Shown here one piece after another: positions 25,701 to 46,599 of a stretch of DNA of 64,000 nt; position 1 is the first letter of the stretch, and each line of letters opens with the position of its first letter. The position numbers and the translations under genes are program-made. Location: the NCBI GenBank assembly GCA_028534125.1, contig CM052817.1, forward strand, positions 102,302,001 through 102,366,000, read 5' to 3'. The notes beneath the pieces were generated by a model that was given only the letters and a program-made list of their open reading frames with translations, was not told the DNA's origin and ran no database searches. Source of the stretch: Lama glama. Its lineage: Eukaryota.

Positions 25701-28700
25701 CACTATGACTCAGCAACAAAAAGGCATGTGTTAACACGTGCAACCTGGATGAATTCAAAGTCTGTTTTATTGAATGATAATTTATATAGCTGCACTTTTC
25801 CTACTATAGACATTTTATTTTAGATCTAGTAAATCTAAATGACTTTGAATCATTTTAATTTGCTAGAATTAAAAAGATAATTGGTAGGGCCAAAGAAATG
25901 TCCCCTTGGCCTTCATATAGAACATCTCACAAACTTTCCTAAGTTTATCTTACGTGCTCTGGAGTAGCCTTCTACCAACATTTTGTACAGAATACAAATA
26001 TAGCTTCCACTTACTGGAGTCTCTTTCACAAAATATCTTTTAAGATGGTGCTAAAGCCCCTTTCCCCATCCCTCCTAGATTGCTCTCCAGCTCTCATATT
26101 CACTCCTTTTCCTCCTTATTCGATTTCTCCGCTCTTGTTTAACTGGAAAGCAGTGATCATGTTTCATGCAGTGGAATAATATACATATTCACTCACCCGG
26201 TAGAGTTTCCATGGTGGGTGCCACTGGGGTTTTGGCATTGTAGGGGCTTTTTTAGCCATCAGGGCGGAGTTCTTGGCATTGCCACCTTCCATAACAACCT
26301 AGATATGGAACAGATTGCATTAACATTAAAGTGATCATACCTAAGGTCTCCTGTTATCAGTTCAAAAGTGGAAATTCAAAGAAGGGATTTATGAAGGTTT
26401 TTTTTTCCTTAAAAGAGGAAAGGACAGCTGAAAAATACTTGCATACCTAGAAAATGAGCCTAAGACTTCTAATTAGAACAGTATTTTCTGTATGTTCATT
26501 TCAATTTTAAAAATCAATTTAAAAAAATCTCAGGGAGGCAGAACATTAGCACTGAGAGCACTTATCACTGTGCGTGGCTCCAAAGCCCAACTCTGCCAAT
26601 TACTAGCTAATAATGACCTTGGGTAAAAATTATGTAATCTCTGTGCCTCGTTAGTAAAACAGAAGTAACAGCGCCTACTTCCTACAGTCATTATGCAGAC
26701 TGACAGAGGAGTGAATGCTCTGTGTAAGCTCGTCCTCTTAAGTAACTGTAACTGGATTACTGCCACTGCCTCTCACTGTCATATTTTAACATTACTGACT
26801 GAATATTACGAAGGACAGCCTGAGAGTTCCTTCTATTTATCTCCCATAGGAATATCTAAGTACTACTTTAAAAGGTACTCGAGCTGATACAACCGTCTAC
26901 TGCCGGCATCCACCTATCCATCCATCCAGAAAAGCCTGTAAAGCTCCTGCCTTCCAGAGGTTTGCATTATAGCCCAAGCCTGGCAGACGTTGTGAATGGA
27001 GGCTTAAGAGACGTGGCAGGACTACAATCCACTCACTTCATAAGGTGACTGCATACTAATCTGAGGAAGGAAAGCCTGCACTTTGAGTAAACTGCATATT
27101 TTCAGTTATTCTTTCTATACTTTCAGCAATAGTAACAGTAGCCGCCACTTACTTACAGACATAAATTTATGCATTACTAAATGCTCATTTATAAGACACT
27201 AATTGCATAGCTTGCGAATATTACGATACTAATAGCACTCAACTCTAACTGTATAAACCAACTTAGAGTTTAGTAAAAAAGACTTTTATACCTAATACAT
27301 ACTAATACAAGTTTCTGAGTAACATTCCCTGTATTTTTAATAGTGGGTAATAAAGAGCAACATCCTATTATTTTCATCAAAATAAATATTATGTCCAATG
27401 TGCAAGCAAAAATAGAATTAAGAGAATTTTAAATTCTAAAAAATATATCAATTCACTAGCAACTTAAATTTTAGGGCTATGACATATTAACAATTACCTT
27501 AGGCTGATATTTACTTGAATAATACCAAGGAAAATGTTCATTTATTTAATACTTAAGGTAAGAATCTTGGGACAAAGGGACACAGGCAACATGTTCTAAA
27601 AGTGAGCAACCTGCAGCGTGATGTGATTTGGCACAGGGAAACTTACTGCCCCTGCAGGCTGTGCGCGGTCGGAAGCCCCAGGATGTCGGTATTCACCTCC
27701 GGCGGGTGCACTGCGATTTGCATCGCCCCTGAGGCAAAAGAAACATCACATTCGAAGTAACTAATGCCTCTAGTCATGTGCTCTGCAGAATTGACTCTTC
27801 ACACATTTTTGTAAGCACTGGTAAAGTGTCATGTAATCCATAATTACAAAGGAACACAATTTTAAAATGAGAAAAAATGTGAACAATAAACTATGCTTTC
27901 AAAATCTTTGTAAACAGAAGCGTGATATTTCCTACCTGGTCTGAGAAGTAGGTAAGGCCACAGCTAAGGACTGTGCGGCTGATTCACTTGGCATTCTCTG
28001 GACCTTAGTGTCTGCTGTCAAAGCAACCCCTGTTAAATTAAAAAAGAAAATTAACTCCTTTTAGTAATGATCTCTGTTTTCATTTACATGCATTTACAAA
28101 AAAGTGCTGAAGGAAAACATATCCAAAAAGGTAATAGTCATTATCACCATGTGGTGATACTACAAAAATTTTTATTTTGAAGGTCTTTTGTTTCCAACTT
28201 TTTTATAATAAATATTGCCCAACACACATCTCAGATTTGAGTTAATCAAAACAGTTTGGTATTACACAGTCCAAGATAGCAAAGTTCAATTTCTATTATC
28301 TTAGAATATTATCTTGAAATATAAAAATTAAGCTGTTCCCTAAATACATTAGTTAGAATATTTCCAAGGGTGAATGAAAATTACTACAAAAAGTATCAAT
28401 TTATTTAAACTTTTAATACAGTGAATCCTGTCCTCCAAAATTACTAGAACCCGGATATACCAAGCTTTTTGCCCTTCACCCTATTACTATTATCCTGGCC
28501 ACTCCACTTGTGTGCCAATTCCTCTATACATACAACATGCTCAGGACACATTTCCATCATACCTGCTTCTGTACTAACACTTCTGACACGTTTATAAGCT
28601 TAGTGATATTTATGTGTCTTGGCTAAGCCTCCAGATAAAAAATCTGTCTTAGCTTGGAACAGTCTTACCATCTTTGAATTCCTACCAAAGTGCCTGAAAA

Positions 28701-31700
28701 AAAAACAAACGCTTGAGAATGTGTGTTGAATGAATGCATGTGACATTAAGTATTATATTAGTTAATTATCACCTAAGAAACTATGCCTGGATGCCTGGTT
28801 ATTGAGCTTGATTATTTTACAGGTAATGGGAATCACACTGTTGGCTCACTCATGGAAATACATGTAACAACAAGACAATTGTTAACAGCTCACTTACCAG
28901 GTCCTGGTGGATATGGATGTGTACCTGTCACCAAATATTCAACTTCTTGTCCTATTAGAAAAAGACAGAGAGAAAACTCATCAATGGTAAAACTACCTTA
29001 TATACAAGTATCATCCCTTTTAATGAATTAAATAATATTAAATTATCAACTGGATTTCCCAAATTAAACCCAAGCCTCATAAAAAAGGCAAGTTGATCAT
29101 TTTTGTTTTGTCTTCTGAAGACCATGGACACAGCTGTTTCCCTGACCATTTGCCAATGTGATGTCGAGAAAGCCTGTACATTAGCTACATTGCAATGGTG
29201 TGTAGAGAGGTCATCCTATCAAGTAATAACCCACTATGGTTTTTCTTCCAAGAAAATGGTTTTCCTGTGGAATTTTGGATTATCTTTATTCCTTACAATT
29301 TCAATACTTGATATCACCTTTCTGAATTACAGTGAAAATAGACATAAGGTCTCCCCAAAGGTTAGAAGTTTTTCCTTTAGTCTCCATTACGACTGTCTCC
29401 ATATCCTAAGAATTTCTGCCATCATTATAGCACCATTTTAAAATTCCCTACAAGGAAAAAAAAAATCCATCAACCAATAACCTCACTCACTACTCCAATG
29501 AGGAAATCAAGACTGTCATCATGATACGGGGATAGCTGGTAAATAGGGTGTGGTTCAAAGAAGTCTTTCCAGGAGAAGCACCAATGAGATATTCCATTTT
29601 TCTATTTTCAAAATTCACATGTACATCGTGACATTTCTGACAATGTTATTCTTACCTTGATTGGCAGGATACTGTTTGTGTCCATATGAATCTGATGCAT
29701 TCTGAGGGCCTTTCTCTTTAAAATTTTCTTTTGAAGTAGGCATATGCAACACAGGACCATATTCATTACGCAGCTTGATTGCCATTTTTCGTTTGTGACT
29801 ATTTAAAAATTATAAACATAAAAATGTATCTTTGAGAACTCTAAATATATTCACCCATGTCAATATATTCACAGATAGCCAGGACACAAGTTTTTAAATA
29901 GCTTAGGTTTGCCTAATCATGTAGAAAAAGTTTCTATTACAATCTTAAAGTTAAACAATATTTAAAAAAATTTCCAAGTGCATTTCCACACTTTCATTCA
30001 TAATCTACCACACAGCATCCATTAAGTCTAAGTACTATTTTAGTTTGTTAACCAATTATGTAAAACCTTTCATGTTGATTTATCAAGTGTCTGATTTTAA
30101 AATATATAGAAACTAATATATCCTTTAAAAAACTTCAAAGCCAATATACTTCCCTTCAAAAGTCTAAATATAAAAATAAAGTAAAAATTTCTATAGTAAC
30201 CTTTCCTGGATATATCTAAAAAGATTAGTTAGAACTTATCTGAATACTTAGTTCAATATTTTAAAAAGAAATGCACTTATTATGTTACTTTTAAGGATAG
30301 CCCACTTTATAAATTAAATATAAATGCTTATTTGAGGAATTAGGTAGATTTTTAAAGAAAGGTGAAGGACAAAGAAGGACCACTGCACATAATGCAATCC
30401 CAGACTGGAGCTGGAGATGTAGAACCAAAAATATGCCACCACTCAAAAATCTTCATCATACTAACGAGAAAAGATGGGAGTAGAGGTACTGGCCAGGTAC
30501 AATTTCAGCTCAGCAAGGCTCTGAGAGCAGCAGGAAGCTGAAAGCACATACAAAGTGATTGATTATAAAATATTACACCTAAAAGGGACTCTCCTACTTA
30601 CTGGGTACTTGTAAAATGCAATTAATTAATGGGATTTTCATTGTAAAAGATAAGGCCAAAAAAAAGTTAAATCAGCTTAAATTATGCCCAGACACCACTC
30701 AATATTGAATAGATATCCTATGAGTTAGTATTACTAGTCTTTCAAGTCCCCCTCTCCCTGCTCTCTTGCCCCAGTATCAGAAGTTCAAATATTCTAGCAA
30801 CTGAAAAGGAACTATTCCTACCTCTCCTCATCCAAAGGCACAGGCTTTCCATTATCAGCCACAAACATATCATGGGTCCTCTTCAATGACCTGAACACAA
30901 GTGTGTGCACAGAATGTTTCTGTACCTCCTAGAAAGAAAGAGTGTAATTACATATCCAGCTACAAATTACACATACCATAACCTACATTAAAGTCAAATT
31001 AGTTATACTTTACATGTATAAATATGTAAAGAGTTTTGTACCACTCACCACAGCTATTTGTAGCAAGCTACAGGAGTCAAGCTCAGAGAAGAGGAGGAAG
31101 CTCCCCTTGGGCCAGAGCCCCAGGTATACCAACTGAGTGATGCCTGAGATTAGTCACTTATTCAATAAATAATTACTGAGCTTCTGTTAATTGTCTGGCA
31201 GGTATTGTGCTAGAAGCTAACAACAAAATGATGAAAAGCCAGCCTTGGTCTCTGTGCTCAAGAGGAAAGAGATGAATAAAAATAAGAAAAGTAACTCCAC
31301 ATTTTGATAATGCTATGAAGGAAACAAGCTGGATGCCGAGAAAGAGATCAGAGAAAGAACTCAGGGTGGGTAGGAAAGATCTCTCTGAGGTGTATTTAAG
31401 CAGAAGGGAGTTAGCCTTGCACAAAATAGACTAAGAAAAATCCAGGTAGAGAGAAAATGGCAAGTACAAAGGTGTTCAGTAGCTGAAATAATGCCAGAAG
31501 CTGCAGCACTGTATATGTTGTATATGTTGGGGAGATGGTGGGTTGTGATGCAAGATGAGGTTGCAAGAAGAGACAAAGTCCAGATTTTTTTTTTTTAATA
31601 TACCACTGCAACGGTCTGCATCTCTGCTCTAGTTACATGGGGCCACTAAAGAGTTTCAAGCAAGAAAAACCTTATCTACTTAACGTTTTAAACAAATCAC

Positions 31701-32317
31701 TTACTGGGGGTGGGGGAAGGTGACAAAAAAGGAAGCAAAAAGATCACCCAAGAGCTAATGCATCAGAGCAGGTGGAAGATGATGTGGACTGAATTCAGAT
31801 GATGGCAGTGGTCCTGGGCAAGAGTCAAAGATTTCTGAGATAAGACGAACAAGGCTCGCTAGGAGAACGGTTGTTCAAGCCATAGAAAAAGCAAAAACTC
31901 AAGAATGGCAGGTTTTCCCTGGGAAGAGCTGAGAGAGAAACTGAAGACCACAGAAAGGCCGCCAGTCTTTTAGGACACAGAATCACTGACTCTACTCCGC
32001 AGGCTGCGAGTACAAGCGGTCGAACATCGCCCGAAGGCCCGCCTCGGAGGGCAGCGCCCAGGGGCCAAATAAAAGCTGGAGAACTTATCTCAGGCTTCCA
32101 GCCCGGACACAAGCTCCAACGCGAGCTCTCATCCGGCTTCTCTCCTTCCCTGAAAACCTTAAAAGAGACTACCCGGCCTCGGCCAAACAGCCTCCGCTCG
32201 CAGCCGCTTCTCTCCCCAGACTCCCAACACCCTCGATCCCCCAAGCCCGCCGCCAAAGAAAAACAGTCCAGACGTAGAAGGTCCCTGAGCACTCAACTGT
32301 CACTTTACCTCGACCAT
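19747..32317 (-). CDS. PLRG1: Pleiotropic regulator 1 (PRP19/CDC5L spliceosome complex WD40 protein), complete, 15 coding exons, 513 aa
   Basis: Coding exons, all GT-AG: 32317-32309, 30928-30822, 29798-29656, 28951-28898, 28029-27936, 27728-27647, 26298-26197, 25523-25431, 23988-23839, 23749-23648, 23142-23040, 22318-22210, 21244-21105, 20615-20422, 19806-19747 (TAA). Sum is 1542 nt in frame. Peptides [71 protein letters not shown] and [19 protein letters not shown] match PLRG1. Confidence 0.98.
21580..21720. repeat. Purine-rich (GA) low-complexity tract in PLRG1 intron 12
   Basis: gagagagagaagaagaaatggagaaaaggaaagagagagaggg... Confidence 0.8.
24530..24683 (+). mobile_element. Camelid tRNA-derived SINE (vic-1-like) in PLRG1 intron 8
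   Basis: ggggagggtatagctcaatggtagagc...gggttcaatc with poly-A tail. TSD GTTTGACCTGTT (24518-24529 and 24684-24695). Confidence 0.92.
26560..26730 (+). mobile_element. MIR SINE
   Basis: ctctgccaattactagct...gaccttgggtaaa...tctctgtgcctcg. Confidence 0.65.
31150..31900 (-). mobile_element. L2 LINE relic in PLRG1 intron 1
   Basis: Starts with an L2 3'-end-like attcaataaataattactgagc...ggtattgtgctag; purine-rich body. Confidence 0.6.
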
Positions 32318-32600
32318 GACGCCGCCGTCTACCCAGTCGCTCCAGCAGGGAAGAAACACTAGTCACCAACACAGAAACCGCCGCCACACTGTGCAGCCCC
32401 TTCCGGAACTGGGCGCCTTGGCGCCGGACGTGACGTAAGGCTGCGCACGCGCGCTGGTCACCCGCCAGCCTCCAAGGGCCAGGGGGCGGGCCTTTCTCTC
32501 CGGGGCCGCCTTTGGGGCGGAGTTTTGGGACTGCCCGGCGGAAGCTGGTGGAGTCGCGCGGCTGAAGGTTTCCCTCGCTTCTGGGGAAGTCTTGAGATGA
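31990..32600. promoter_or_regulatory. CpG-island promoter of PLRG1
   Basis: CpG-dense block around exon 1. Contains ETS-type TTCCGGAA (32401-32408), CRE/ATF-like TGACGTAA (32431-32438), NRF1-like TGCGCACGCGC (32442-32452) and a GC box (32482-32491). Confidence 0.85.
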
Positions 32601-33369
32601 TAAAGTTGTCTACTTTACTCTCAGCCTTAAATATTTTGGCTCAGGGACATGGTTGTTGTGCTGTATTTCCTGGAGGGTGAATGCTTTTTCTTTAGATAAC
32701 CTAGGTAGTCTTTCTAGGGAGGATCGGGAGAGAGCGCCGCGGCTCTCACACCTCGCCGCCTTTGGGTGTCGCCGCCTTGAGTTATGTCACCTGATTCCGC
32801 TACTTTGGTTCAGTTTGGCTGGAAGTGTTGAGATATCCTTGTATCTGTGGCGCCCCAAAACAATTCCGCTTACACTGTCCAGTAAACACTTGTTGAATAT
32901 TGCGGAAGAGTTTCAATTTGAGAAAGTTTGCAAAAGAGTTTTCTTTTAACAGCATGTGGCAAAATCTCAAATTTATCTTCTGCTGACATAGTTGTTTTTT
33001 TTTCCTTTTTTTTTCTTTTTTTGCTAACCTCTCAAAATGGCATAACTCCTGGCCATGTTTTGGTTAATCTGCTGATTAATATGGCTTCAGCAATCCCAGG
33101 GTACAGCTTTTTAAAGCTGGTGGAAGAAAGACACAAGACTTAAGCCATTTCTATTTATATACATCCTGGTGCCAAAGTATTGGCATTTTGTTTTATACCC
33201 AGGTAAAATCCAGTTTGTGATCAGTCATGCCTAACTATTGCTCCTCCCAAGAAGGAAAATTGATGGAGTTGGACATTTTCAAACTTGAATAGACAAGCAC
33301 TTTATTGGCTCTGCTTGTTCTTTAACTGTAACCAGGTCCACTGATCTTGTCTCCAGAGCACACTGCATT

Positions 33370-33876
33370 TGTTACTGAGTCCAAACCTGTTTTGCTCTGC
33401 AGGACAGGCCAATAAATCGGGAGACGAGGTGTTGGGGCAAGGAATAAGGACTTTATTCAGAAAGCCCGCAGACCAAGAAGATGCAGACTAATGTTCCAGA
33501 GAACCATCTTCCAAGTCAGAATTCAGGCTCCTTTTATACTAAAAAGGGGGAGGGGATGTGGTTTTTGCAGACTTCTTGGTGTGGGAAACCTTTGTTCTGG
33601 CAACTGTCCACATGGGTCAGATCGTGGTGTCCCTGTGTTTCTCCAACAAAACAAATGTTATTTTCTATTCTGCAACTTATTATATGAATGGAAAAGTGCT
33701 AATACCCTTAGAGGCCAGAGCCTTGAGAATGGGCTGTCCTGTCTATTTCAGGCTATAGGCGACATTCTTTTACAAAATGTGCAGAACCAGCAAGACTAAG
33801 CCTAGGAAACAGAGCACAGGGTTAAAGCCAAAGGAACAGATCTAATATGGAGTCAGATTTGTTCTTTTCTATTACA
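33370..33876 (-). mobile_element. ERV1-class solo LTR (~507 bp)
   Basis: TG...CA termini and 4-bp TSD CATT/CGTT (1 mismatch). On the minus strand, TATAAAAG (33531-33538) is followed by AATAAA (33452-33457). Confidence 0.8.
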
Positions 33877-36800
33877 CGTTATACTTCGAGAGGAGGAAAA
33901 ATCTGTCAAAAATATAGCAATGTGAATTGATAATCTCATTTAGAAATTAATTTTTAATTCATTACAGCCATTAAGGTCATGCTTCTATTTGAAAATACAA
34001 TCTCTCTGAATATGAGTGTCAGTTTGGCCCTAAGAACTGATTTTTTTGTGACAGTGGCCACTGATTGTAGGCCTTGCAAAGAAATGCCATAATATAAAAC
34101 ATATACCTGGGAAAACAATTCACAGTATACATTACTATAGATGGAAATAACTATACCAAAGAACATGATTTAAAAGAACAAGAAAATGATAGAAATATAA
34201 GCATGATTCTAATAGGTCTATGGCAGTATAATAACTATCTAGTTGTGCCTATTAACTTGTTAGTTAATCATCCTGAAAAAATCTTGTAAGCCATGCTGGT
34301 AAAAACATTATAATAATTGAATTAAGTTGCACTAGCTTATGCTCCTTGTAAAAACTCTGTTGAATCTACGTGAGTTTATTATCCACTTCAAACTTTCAGA
34401 TAGAGCTCAGTGACCCTATTATCTAGCTCAGGGATCCATGAATTACCTGTATGTTATGCGAATATTGTATTTACATAAGAACTTGAATTTTTTTTCTGGT
34501 GAAGGGATCTCTAGATTTCTTTTGATTTGGAAAAGAATCCAGGACCCAGAAAATGTTAAGAATTTTTGTCCTGGCAGACACCCAGAGCTGCCTTATTTAA
34601 CCAGTAGGGGTCACTGCTGCTCTTCATAAGGGTAGGAGGCTTTTGCCCAAAGGCATACAGGGTGAATAATTTATTAATATAAATAAATATTATTAAGTCT
34701 TCTGGGATTAAACCAATAGTAGAAATTTTAAGGAAGACCTCCCTTCATTAGTTAGGCTATTTTTTTCACTAACCAGTATAGGAGATCTCTTTATTCTGTT
34801 TTAAAAAAATAAACTTTCATATATGAAGTTAAAACATGCAACAAGGGGAAAGATCTCATTTGTACAACAATAAGTGAAAAATATGCAAGACATATAAAAA
34901 AATTAAGAGATATTTAAAAAGGTCTGAATCAGTGAAAATGCATACCTTATTCTTAGATAGGAAGACTCAAAATTATAAATATGTCAGTTATGTCATCAAC
35001 CTAATCCTGGTCATATTTTACAGAAAAAAACTGTTAATTCAAGAAATTATTATTAAACAGTGAAAAATTTTTTTAAATGAATGTCATAAAATACTCAGTG
35101 TTTTACTGTATACTTAATGTATAAAAACTTTAAGTGATTTATTGCATTGTTTGAAAATACAGCTTCTCTTTCTAATGTGCAATTTATGCTTTTTTTAAAA
35201 TAAAAAAGTCAGTTTCATTTCTAAACATTTGATCTTAATTTTCCCTTGAATTAATTCAGCAAACCCCAGAAGCCATCTCAGCCTAACTTACCAAAAGATA
35301 ATTTGGGGGCGGGGCGTGGTTTACTATTTAGAAAGACATCAGGTGTCTCACAGGTTTGGTGGAAGAATCAAATAATCAAGGTTTGAAGTTTGGGTGTCTT
35401 CTGCTCTGAAGTTGGTAGGCTTTCTCTCTAAAAGGCTGCCATGAATACGACACCAGGCCAATCAACCTGATTATTTCCTTTGCTTATTTCTCTTGCAAAC
35501 ATTAAATTGGGGGAGAAAAGCTGATAGGGCTAGCCTGGGCAAGAGATCTACCCCCACTAAGTCACCTGTGGCTGGAGGGTCAGGATATCACAACACCTAC
35601 AGGACCGCACACTGGCAGTTTAGAGGTCATTCCAGGAGAAGGGAGCAGCACTCCAACCAATGTTCATCACACCCTTTGTGGCTTTGGGTCTAATGTGAAG
35701 AGCATCTCTGTCTTTTTTGTAGCTCCTGTGACTGGCATTGGATTGAAGGAGAAAATGTCCTGTTTTCCCCTTATTGCCATGCTCCGTATCTGCTTCCTTG
35801 AGAAAAGCAAACTGACATCTTCCCAGTCAATAGAAGGAGACTCTCCATAAGAGACAGAGCTAGCCCTACGCTTCTTCTCTGCAAAGTGCTTCCCCACTGT
35901 ACATGGCTAACCACTTACAGATGTCACTGCCACACTGGTGTCAGGCTTGCCCATCAAAGCTGTGGTGCAGGCTGGCCTCCAACTCTTCAGTGTTAATTTC
36001 TCCTTAAATTTAGTTTGATAGTGGTTCTCAAACTCTAATTCAAAATAAGATTAAAAAAACATACAGAGACTAACAATGATTTAATATCATTTCTCAAAAC
36101 TTATGCCTATTTAGACAAAGAGAGTCAGTATTGCATGTTATTCATTCAATCATTCACTCACATATCGGTATGTTTGTAAACGAGTTCAACAGGTATTTGT
36201 CAAATACCTATCATGTGCAAGTGTCTCATGTACACCAAACGGTCATTCAAACCCCAAGTTTCAAGTCCAAAAGCCTTTTCCTTTCTAGTCATTTTTCTGT
36301 TGAAAGGAGGTTAGGTCCCTAAATTACTGTTTCCAAAGCCTCACCTTTCCCTGTCTTAGGTTCAGCACATAGTATTGTAAGTAATTTTTTTATTTTCTGT
36401 CTTCCCCCTCTAGGCACAAGGCTTCATGAGGACAGGGCACCTGTCTATCTTGGGGACCTATCCTTGGCCCCTAGCACACTACCTGCCACAAAGTGCTCTA
36501 TAAATATTTGATGAACACAGACTGCCTTGTGCACTACAAACTGAGCCTGTCATGAATTGTAAAAGTATCACCAACGAACGCATGCACAGTCAGTACCAGC
36601 AAGTCTGTCCTTCTTGCCAGCGAGCAGCTGGACAGGACAGATTATCTCTGTTTCCTCTGTCACTGATCGACTGCCCTTGACTTACGTAAGAGGATCAGCT
36701 AATTTGAAGAACCCTGCACTGTTGACCAGAAAATGTAACTGAGCAAATAGTCCTCCCTTCCTCCTCCACCAATGGCATCAACATTTTCAAAAATTTAAGT

Positions 36801-37129
36801 ATTTTGGCAAGCAGATTCTCTGCAAAAGCATTTCTTCTCTTTGAAAATATGGCAATTTTCTTTGTAATATCAGGCACTCTCAAGTGTTAGTATAGCTGTA
36901 ATATAACTCTATAAAAATATCCAGCGAGAAATAGAATTAAAGAGAGTCGCAGGCTTTATCACTGATCAGCCATGCCTCTCACACAGATGTGAATACCCAA
37001 CACACACCCGCATGTTAGAGGGAAAAAGTAGGTGAAAATAAAGGCCAAGAATGACTGTGCCCGTCTGAGACACTGGAGTCTCAACCACAAACCAAAAAGT
37101 ACACTCTTTATCATGTTTGCGTTTTGTTG

Positions 37130-37300
37130 AGCAACATGGCTAAATGGGCACAGAGCGTGGACTGTTGGGTCAGACACACGTGGGTCAAGTCCTGGTAAAA
37201 TGCTTACTACCTGATGCTTTGAGTAGTTGATTTAACCTCTCTGAGCCTCAGTTTCATCATCTGTAGAACTTAGTGGTTTCAAGAATTAAAGTAGATAAAT
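37130..37300 (+). mobile_element. MIR SINE
   Basis: Core tttaacctctctgagcctcagtttcatcatctgta. Confidence 0.75.
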
Positions 37301-39073
37301 GATTATCAGAGATGGCATCTGAGGCTTGTTTCAATGGAGGCTCATTCACTCACTGACTTCGCAATTTTTTATCCAATGCCTCCCAGGTCTGTCTTGCTCA
37401 CCAGTGTATCCCAAGCCTCTAGCTCACTACCTGTCACACAGGAGGCTCCCAAGAGCTATTCATTGAATGAATGTTTAGTTTCTGCTCTTATGGAATGTCC
37501 ATTCTAGTAGTTTCCTTCCACGTTTCTGCTGACAATGGCAAGAATGCTTGTCAGAGCAGAATAAAGGAATTTTCACTTTAATGTACAAGCTTCTAGAATA
37601 TGCTAGAAGAAACTTTAAAAATTAACAAACTTCTGGAAGTGAAATAATGGTCCTATTGCTAGTTGATGTAATGTCAGTGCTTGAAAATAAAGCAATATGA
37701 TAGTGTTATATTAAAAGGAAAAAAAATTTTAGTCTTCTTAACATTGTCTTTTTAAATCTGTAAGAATCTGACATCACTAAAATTAAACCCTGTCTGGATG
37801 ATTAAAATAGACTTTTGTCAGTTGCATCTTATTTTAATTAATATACACATGCACACATATTTGCTTTCTCAGTCAGTGTGCATTCTTCTTAGAAGGATGA
37901 AAATTAAGCAGTCTTAAAGTACAGTATTGACTCGGTACTAATGAATGGAACTTACATCTGGAAAGATCCAATCAATTATTTTACTTAATTGAAGCTCGAT
38001 ACTTGGCTTCTATAAATCTGAGTTAAAAGCATTTGGGAATGTAACCCCTGCTATCCAGAGAGGAAAGAAATTTAGTAAGTCTCGTATCATTATCAAGAGT
38101 CCACTGCAAAGCATTGTTTAAAACATGCTCTCCTGATCCAAACCTGGGTAACTTGCTATCTTTTTAATAAAATCATTGTAAAAATTTAATGAGAATGTTT
38201 CACTTTCCAAAACCAAAAAACCCAGATGATGCTATAAAGCAGCAGCCCTGCTGGGATTTGTTGGCTCGGGTTTCCCTATTGATTCTTGTAAGAATTGTTC
38301 ATCCTGATTGCAAAAAACAATGAAAAGATGAGAGAGATATGTTTGTTGGTTTATAGGAAATGAAGATGGGAAATGGGCCACATTTAGTTCCTGGGCTTCT
38401 ACTTGGAATAGATGTTTGAAGGCATCACGAATGTTAAAATAATATTGTTTGTATAAACAATAGAATGTAATATATTACAAAAGTAAAATAAAATGTTAAA
38501 TATGTATCCACTCACTGTAGTAATGACTTTGATTTAAGAACCTGTAATCTATTAGTCATTTTAATAATGTTTAGAATTTGTTGAACATTTTTACATATTA
38601 ATAGAGAACAAAATATAAAAGGTGGTCAAGGCATTTTCTTTTTGATGTTGGTCTATCGGAGTGTCTGTCATAAATTGTAATTTTGTTACTCTGATTAATG
38701 TCTGAAAGAAAAGATAAACACATGGTAACATAATGTTATCCTTGATTTTAATGGTCTTTTTAAAAACTGAACTACAGGATTACCTGAAAACTTATCATTT
38801 ATGGTAAACCTTTAGTTTGCTCACAGTGTTAGTGGGTGCCTTGTAAATGGGTCCAATTTTTTTGTGCTTGGATTAAAAATCGTTTTTTTCCTCACACATT
38901 CTTTGGGAGCCTGTGCAGCCTCCTTATTAATTTACAGGAAGAGTGATGATACACAGCTCTTTTAAAAATGTTCTCATTTCCCATCATACTGTCCAATTAA
39001 ATGAACTGAAGGACTTTGGTGTTTCTAAACTCAGCCAACGGAGAACAGTTGTATGAGAAGTAAATAAGTCTTG

Positions 39074-39197
39074 CTGGGAAGATGTTGCTTAAGGGATAAA
39101 ATGGTTCAGCCAACAAGTGAACCAAAAAATTAAACATTAACTAAGGAAGGTCCCCACTTCTAAAGGCATACCCAGCAGGGGATTCAGGTATATATAT
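39074..39197 (+). promoter_or_regulatory. FGB liver/acute-phase promoter
   Basis: IL-6/STAT3 element CTGGGAA (39074-39080), adjacent C/EBP-like GTTGCTTAAG, HNF1-like ATTAAACATTAAC (39129-39141) and TATA (39189-39197). Same order as the known mammalian FGB promoter. Confidence 0.85.
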
Positions 39198-39270
39198 GTA
39201 GGCTGGAAGCTCTCTCAGTTAAGTTCACAAGCAAAGGACGGCTTCTTGGAACTTCCAAAACTTTAAAACC

Positions 39271-46442
<7,172 letters not shown>

Positions 46443-46593
46443 TCCCCGAACGTAGATTTTTATTCTGCCTTATGTAACAACATTTTTTGTATTCTCATGT
46501 CATCAGAATTTTCTTTCAAACATTATATCCCTCTAAAGCTATCAAAAATTAGTAAATGTGACTTTTTTGGGAAAAGTATTTAGGATAAATGAC

Positions 46594-46599
46594 ATTAAA
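46594..46599 (+). terminator. Candidate FGB poly(A) signal ATTAAA
   Basis: Variant hexamer ~150 nt after the stop; a second ATTAAA lies at 46851-46856. Confidence 0.4.

Noticed and set aside
31825..32387. 155-aa and 72-aa ORFs in the PLRG1 CpG island
   Set aside because: GC-rich stop-codon depletion in 5' UTR/intron 1; non-ATG starts and no recognisable protein.
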